Shown one piece after another: positions 61,344 through 64,000 of a DNA stretch of 64,000 nucleotides (position 1 is the first letter of the stretch; the number at the start of each line of letters is the position of its first letter). The notes under the pieces were generated by a model that saw only the letters and a program-made list of their open reading frames with translations, had not been told where the DNA came from and did not search any database. Origin of the DNA: an uncultured Actinomycetes bacterium (lineage in GTDB: Bacteria > Actinomycetota > Thermoleophilia > Gaiellales > JAICJC01); NCBI GenBank assembly GCA_963797175.1, contig CAWCOL010000009.1:588585-652584 (forward strand). Direction: 5' to 3'. The position numbers and the translations under genes were made by a program.

Positions 61344-62492
61344 TCACCACCGGTCGGCGTCCTCCAGGGCGCCGGCGAGCGCTTCGACGTCGGAACTGTC
61401 GTTGTACACATGAAGGGACACGCGGATGCCGTCCCCGCGCGAGCTGACCACGATGTGGCGCTCCTCGGCGAGTCGGCTCTGGATCGCCGATGCGGGATGC
61501 GTGGGATGCTGCAGGGAGACGATGTGGTGGCTCGCCCCCGGCGTGTCGAGATCCCGGAACGGCACCCAGCCGTGGGGCGCGGTCAGCGCCACAAGCTCGC
61601 ACGCCAGGGCCTCGGCGTGTCGGGCGATCGCCGGGAGGCCGACGCCGGCCAGCAGGTCGATGGAGGTGCGCAGACCGGCGGCCGAGCTGTAGGCGATGGT
61701 CGACAGCTCGAACCGCCGCGCGTCGGTCGCAAGCGCCAGCGCTTCGGGGTGGAACTGGAACGGATGCTGGGTGCCCTTCCAGCCAACGATGGCCGGTATG
61801 TCCTTCATCAGCTGGTCGGCGACGGCGAGCAAGGCGACGCCGCCGTGCGAGGACAGCCACTTGTAGCCGCTGCACACCAGCGCGTCGGCAGCCGACGTGC
61901 GCAGGCTCACTGGCATCGCCCCCGCCATCTGCGTGACGTCGACGATGACCCGCGCACCGACCGCGTGAGCGCGCCGAACGACCGCGCCGACGTCGACCAG
62001 CGATCCGGTCGCGTACTGCACCGCACTGAAACACACCGCCGTGGTGTCGGTGTGAACGCCGGCGACGAGCGCCGACGTCAGATCGTCGCCCGAACGATCC
62101 TCGACCCAGGTGACCTGCGTGCCGTACCGCTCGCGCGCCACGAGCCACGGGTAGGTCACGCTGGGGAAGTCGGACCGGACGAGGAGCACCTCGCCGCCGG
62201 CACCTGCGGTCAGGATCGCGAGCTGACCGAGCGCCTCGCTCGCTCCACCCACCACCGCCACCGACCGCTGCGGCGCGTCGAACAACCCGGCCGCAGCCTC
62301 GCGGAGGTCATCCAGAATCCGTTCCTCGGCAGCGTCCGAGAGCCGCGCATTGCCGTGCTGCGCCACATCGACGAGGAAGTCGACCATCGCCTGCGTCGAC
62401 CGGCGCGGAACCAGGCCAAGCGACGCCTGATTCAGATACACGCAACGCTCCAGCGCGGCGTACTCGTCCCGTGGGATCAGGGCCGCGGTCAC
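61344..62492 (-). CDS. class V aminotransferase / cysteine desulfurase-like PLP enzyme
   Basis: GTG at 62492. It contains VYLNQASLG, FSAVQYATG, VDVTQ and a PLP-lysine region SGYKWL. The longer track ORF extends through the ArsR promoter region. Confidence 0.8.
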   Translation of the reverse strand: MTAALIPRDEYAALERCVYLNQASLGLVPRRSTQAMVDFLVDVAQHGNARLSDAAEERILDDLREAAAGLFDAPQRSVAVVGGASEALGQLAILTAGAGGEVLLVRSDFPSVTYPWLVARERYGTQVTWVEDRSGDDLTSALVAGVHTDTTAVCFSAVQYATGSLVDVGAVVRRAHAVGARVIVDVTQMAGAMPVSLRTSAADALVCSGYKWLSSHGGVALLAVADQLMKDIPAIVGWKGTQHPFQFHPEALALATDARRFELSTIAYSSAAGLRTSIDLLAGVGLPAIARHAEALACELVALTAPHGWVPFRDLDTPGASHHIVSLQHPTHPASAIQSRLAEERHIVVSSRGDGIRVSLHVYNDSSDVEALAGALEDADRW

Positions 62493-62592
62493 ACCACAGT
62501 CCGCCGCACTCGCCCTGTGAACCTGCCCCGAAGACGCATCGCGCTCGAGTATCCCTGACCGGCCGCGACCCGGCGTGGAACGATCGACCGGC

Positions 62593-62620
62593 TTGACATA
62601 TACCGATATCGGAATATGAT
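62593..62620 (+). promoter_or_regulatory. near-consensus promoter with embedded palindromic operator (ArsR operon)
   Basis: TTGACA (62593-62598), a 16-nt spacer and TATGAT (62615-62620). The perfect palindrome CCGATATCGG (62603-62612) lies in the spacer. The ATG at 62628 lies 8 nt after the -10 box. Confidence 0.6.
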
Positions 62621-62627
62621 TGCGTCC

Positions 62628-62972
62628 ATGGCACGAGCAGCGACCACGTCGGATGTCTTCAACGCGATCGCCGAGCCGCAGCGCCGGGAGATCCTGGTGC
62701 TGCTGCGGGCGGGCGAGCGGCCGGTGACCGAGGTTGCCCAGGAGCTGGGGATGGCCCAGCCGGGGGCGTCCAAACACCTGCGGGTGCTCCGGGAGGTCGG
62801 GCTGGTGCGCGACCGCAGGGCGGGCAAACAGCGCCTGTACGCCCTCGACGCCGGCGGGCTGCGGCGGATTCACGAGTGGACCGGCGGGTTCGAGCGGTTC
62901 TGGAACGAGAGCTTCGACCGGCTGGACGCGTACGTGCAGGATCTCAAGCAGGCAACGCAGGAGGAGGAGTAG
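62628..62972 (+). CDS. ArsR/SmtB family transcriptional regulator
   Basis: It contains FNAIAEPQRREILVLLRAGERPVTEVAQELGMAQPGASKHLRVLREVGLV. I prefer the ATG at 62628, because the track start at 62616 sits inside the -10 box. Confidence 0.88.
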   Translation: MARAATTSDVFNAIAEPQRREILVLLRAGERPVTEVAQELGMAQPGASKHLRVLREVGLVRDRRAGKQRLYALDAGGLRRIHEWTGGFERFWNESFDRLDAYVQDLKQATQEEE

Positions 62973-62975
62973 CTG

Positions 62976-63482
62976 ATGAGCGCGACGGGACGAGGAGCGC
63001 CGGCGCGGCCGGCGACGGCCGACCGCGAGATCGTGATCTCCCGGGCGATCGATGCCCCACGGGAGCTGGTGTTCGAGGCGTTCACCGACGTCCGGCACCT
63101 GTCGCGGTGGTGGGGACCGGCGGGATTCACCACCACCACGCGGGCGTTCGAGTTCCGCGTCGGCGGGGAGTGGGACTTCGTCATGCACGGACCGGACGGG
63201 ACGGACTACCAGGAGTGGATCTCCTGGACAGAGATCGCGCCGCCGGAGCGGATCGCGCTGCTCCACGGTGAGTCGCGCGGCGACCCGAACGCCTTCGAGT
63301 CGCTCGTGACGTTCGCGCCCGATGGCGCGGCGACCCGGATCGAGATGCGCACCGTGTTCCCCACCAGGGAGCTGCGCGACGAGGCGGTCGAGAAGTACCA
63401 CGCGATCGAGGGCGGCCGGCAGACCCTGGACAACCTGGCTGCCTACGTCACCGAGATGGTTCGCAAGGGAGGCGAGGACTGA
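62976..63482 (+). CDS. SRPBCC family protein (Aha1/AHSA1 domain)
   Basis: It contains ISRAIDAPRELVFEAFTDVRHLSRWWGP. This is the typical partner gene of this ArsR subfamily. Confidence 0.85.
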   Translation: MSATGRGAPARPATADREIVISRAIDAPRELVFEAFTDVRHLSRWWGPAGFTTTTRAFEFRVGGEWDFVMHGPDGTDYQEWISWTEIAPPERIALLHGESRGDPNAFESLVTFAPDGAATRIEMRTVFPTRELRDEAVEKYHAIEGGRQTLDNLAAYVTEMVRKGGED

Positions 63483-64000
63483 TGGCCGGTGCGGTGTTCT
63501 TCAGCGTGTCGATGTCGCTGGACGGCTTCATCGCGCCCGAGGAGCGGACGGACGACCCGGATCGGCAGCGCTGGATGGCGCAGTGGATGGAGCTGCAGGG
63601 GTGGATCTTCCCGCTGCGGTTCTTCCAGGAGAACCTGAAGCTGGGCGAGGGCGGCGAGGAGGGGCGCGACAACGACATCGCGCGGGAGACGTTCGAGCGC
63701 ACCGGCGCGAGCGTGATGGGCAAGCGCATGTTCGACCTCGGCGAGCAGATGTGGCCGGAGGAGGCGCCGTTCCACACGCCGGTCTACGTCGTGACGCACG
63801 AGCAGCGCGCCCCCTGGGAGCGGCCGGGCGGCACCACCTTCCACTTCGTCAACGACGGGATCGAGCCCGCGCTCGACCGGGCCCGCGAGGCCGCCGGCGA
63901 CCGGGACGTCCGCATCGCCGGCGGCGGCGCCACGATCCTCGAGTACGTGAACGCCGGCCTGGTCGACGAGTTCACCATCGCGCTCGCACCCGTGTTGTTC
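63482..64000 (+). CDS. dihydrofolate reductase-like (RibD C-terminal domain) family protein, 3' end outside window
   Basis: The ATG at 63482 overlaps the upstream TGA by 1 nt. It contains FFSVSMSLDGFIA, VMGKRMFD and RIAGGGATILEYVNAGLVDEF. The frame is open to the window end. Confidence 0.8.
   Translation, partial: MAGAVFFSVSMSLDGFIAPEERTDDPDRQRWMAQWMELQGWIFPLRFFQENLKLGEGGEEGRDNDIARETFERTGASVMGKRMFDLGEQMWPEEAPFHTPVYVVTHEQRAPWERPGGTTFHFVNDGIEPALDRAREAAGDRDVRIAGGGATILEYVNAGLVDEFTIALAPVLF

Overview
Very GC-rich (roughly 70% by eye) bacterial chromosomal segment with strong G/C third-position codon bias. This style is typical of Actinomycetota. A Thermoleophilia/Solirubrobacterales-like origin is only a guess from protein motifs, and no search was possible. 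I can support about 65 protein-coding genes and two tRNA-Ser genes. I saw no rRNA, CRISPR array, transposase, integrase or phage structural genes.

Content, left to right:
- Two aldehyde dehydrogenases, a DUF2252 protein and an AtsA-type arylsulfatase.
- A divergently transcribed cluster at 6.8-18.5 kb. One arm holds MOSC, an MSOX-like FAD oxidase and two tandem CocE/NonD hydrolases. The other holds a HAL-like lyase and a PotDBCA-type ABC importer.
- A divergent pair formed by a small exported-peptide-like ORF and an XRE-HTH+TPR regulator, with a palindrome array between them. This is my best candidate for an undescribed system.
- A topoisomerase IB operon.
- A lower-GC patch with a G1 (eqolisin) peptidase remnant and a secreted protein.
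- A holin-X/DUF3618/DUF6328 membrane module.
- DoxX, a ferritin-like protein and an MMPL transporter.
- An Arch_ATPase-like ATPase.
- A repeat-dense 394-bp intergenic region upstream of a PAP2-like/LPG-synthase-TM fusion protein.
- A cell-surface locus with a 1852-aa protein of 15 choice-of-anchor-D repeats.
- A second polyamine-like locus: fused spermidine synthase, SDR, ADP-forming acyl-CoA synthetase and a second PotDBCA-type importer.
- An ArsR-SRPBCC-DHFR-like operon.

Three genes (arylsulfatase, HAL-like lyase, a lipoprotein) are each interrupted by an apparent single-base insertion. The G1 peptidase has lost its start and signal region.

All family assignments come from motifs I recognise in the translations. 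No database search or computation was run, and DUF numbers are from memory. Start codons are my best choices and are often uncertain. Many long ORFs in the track are antisense or off-frame artefacts of the GC content.
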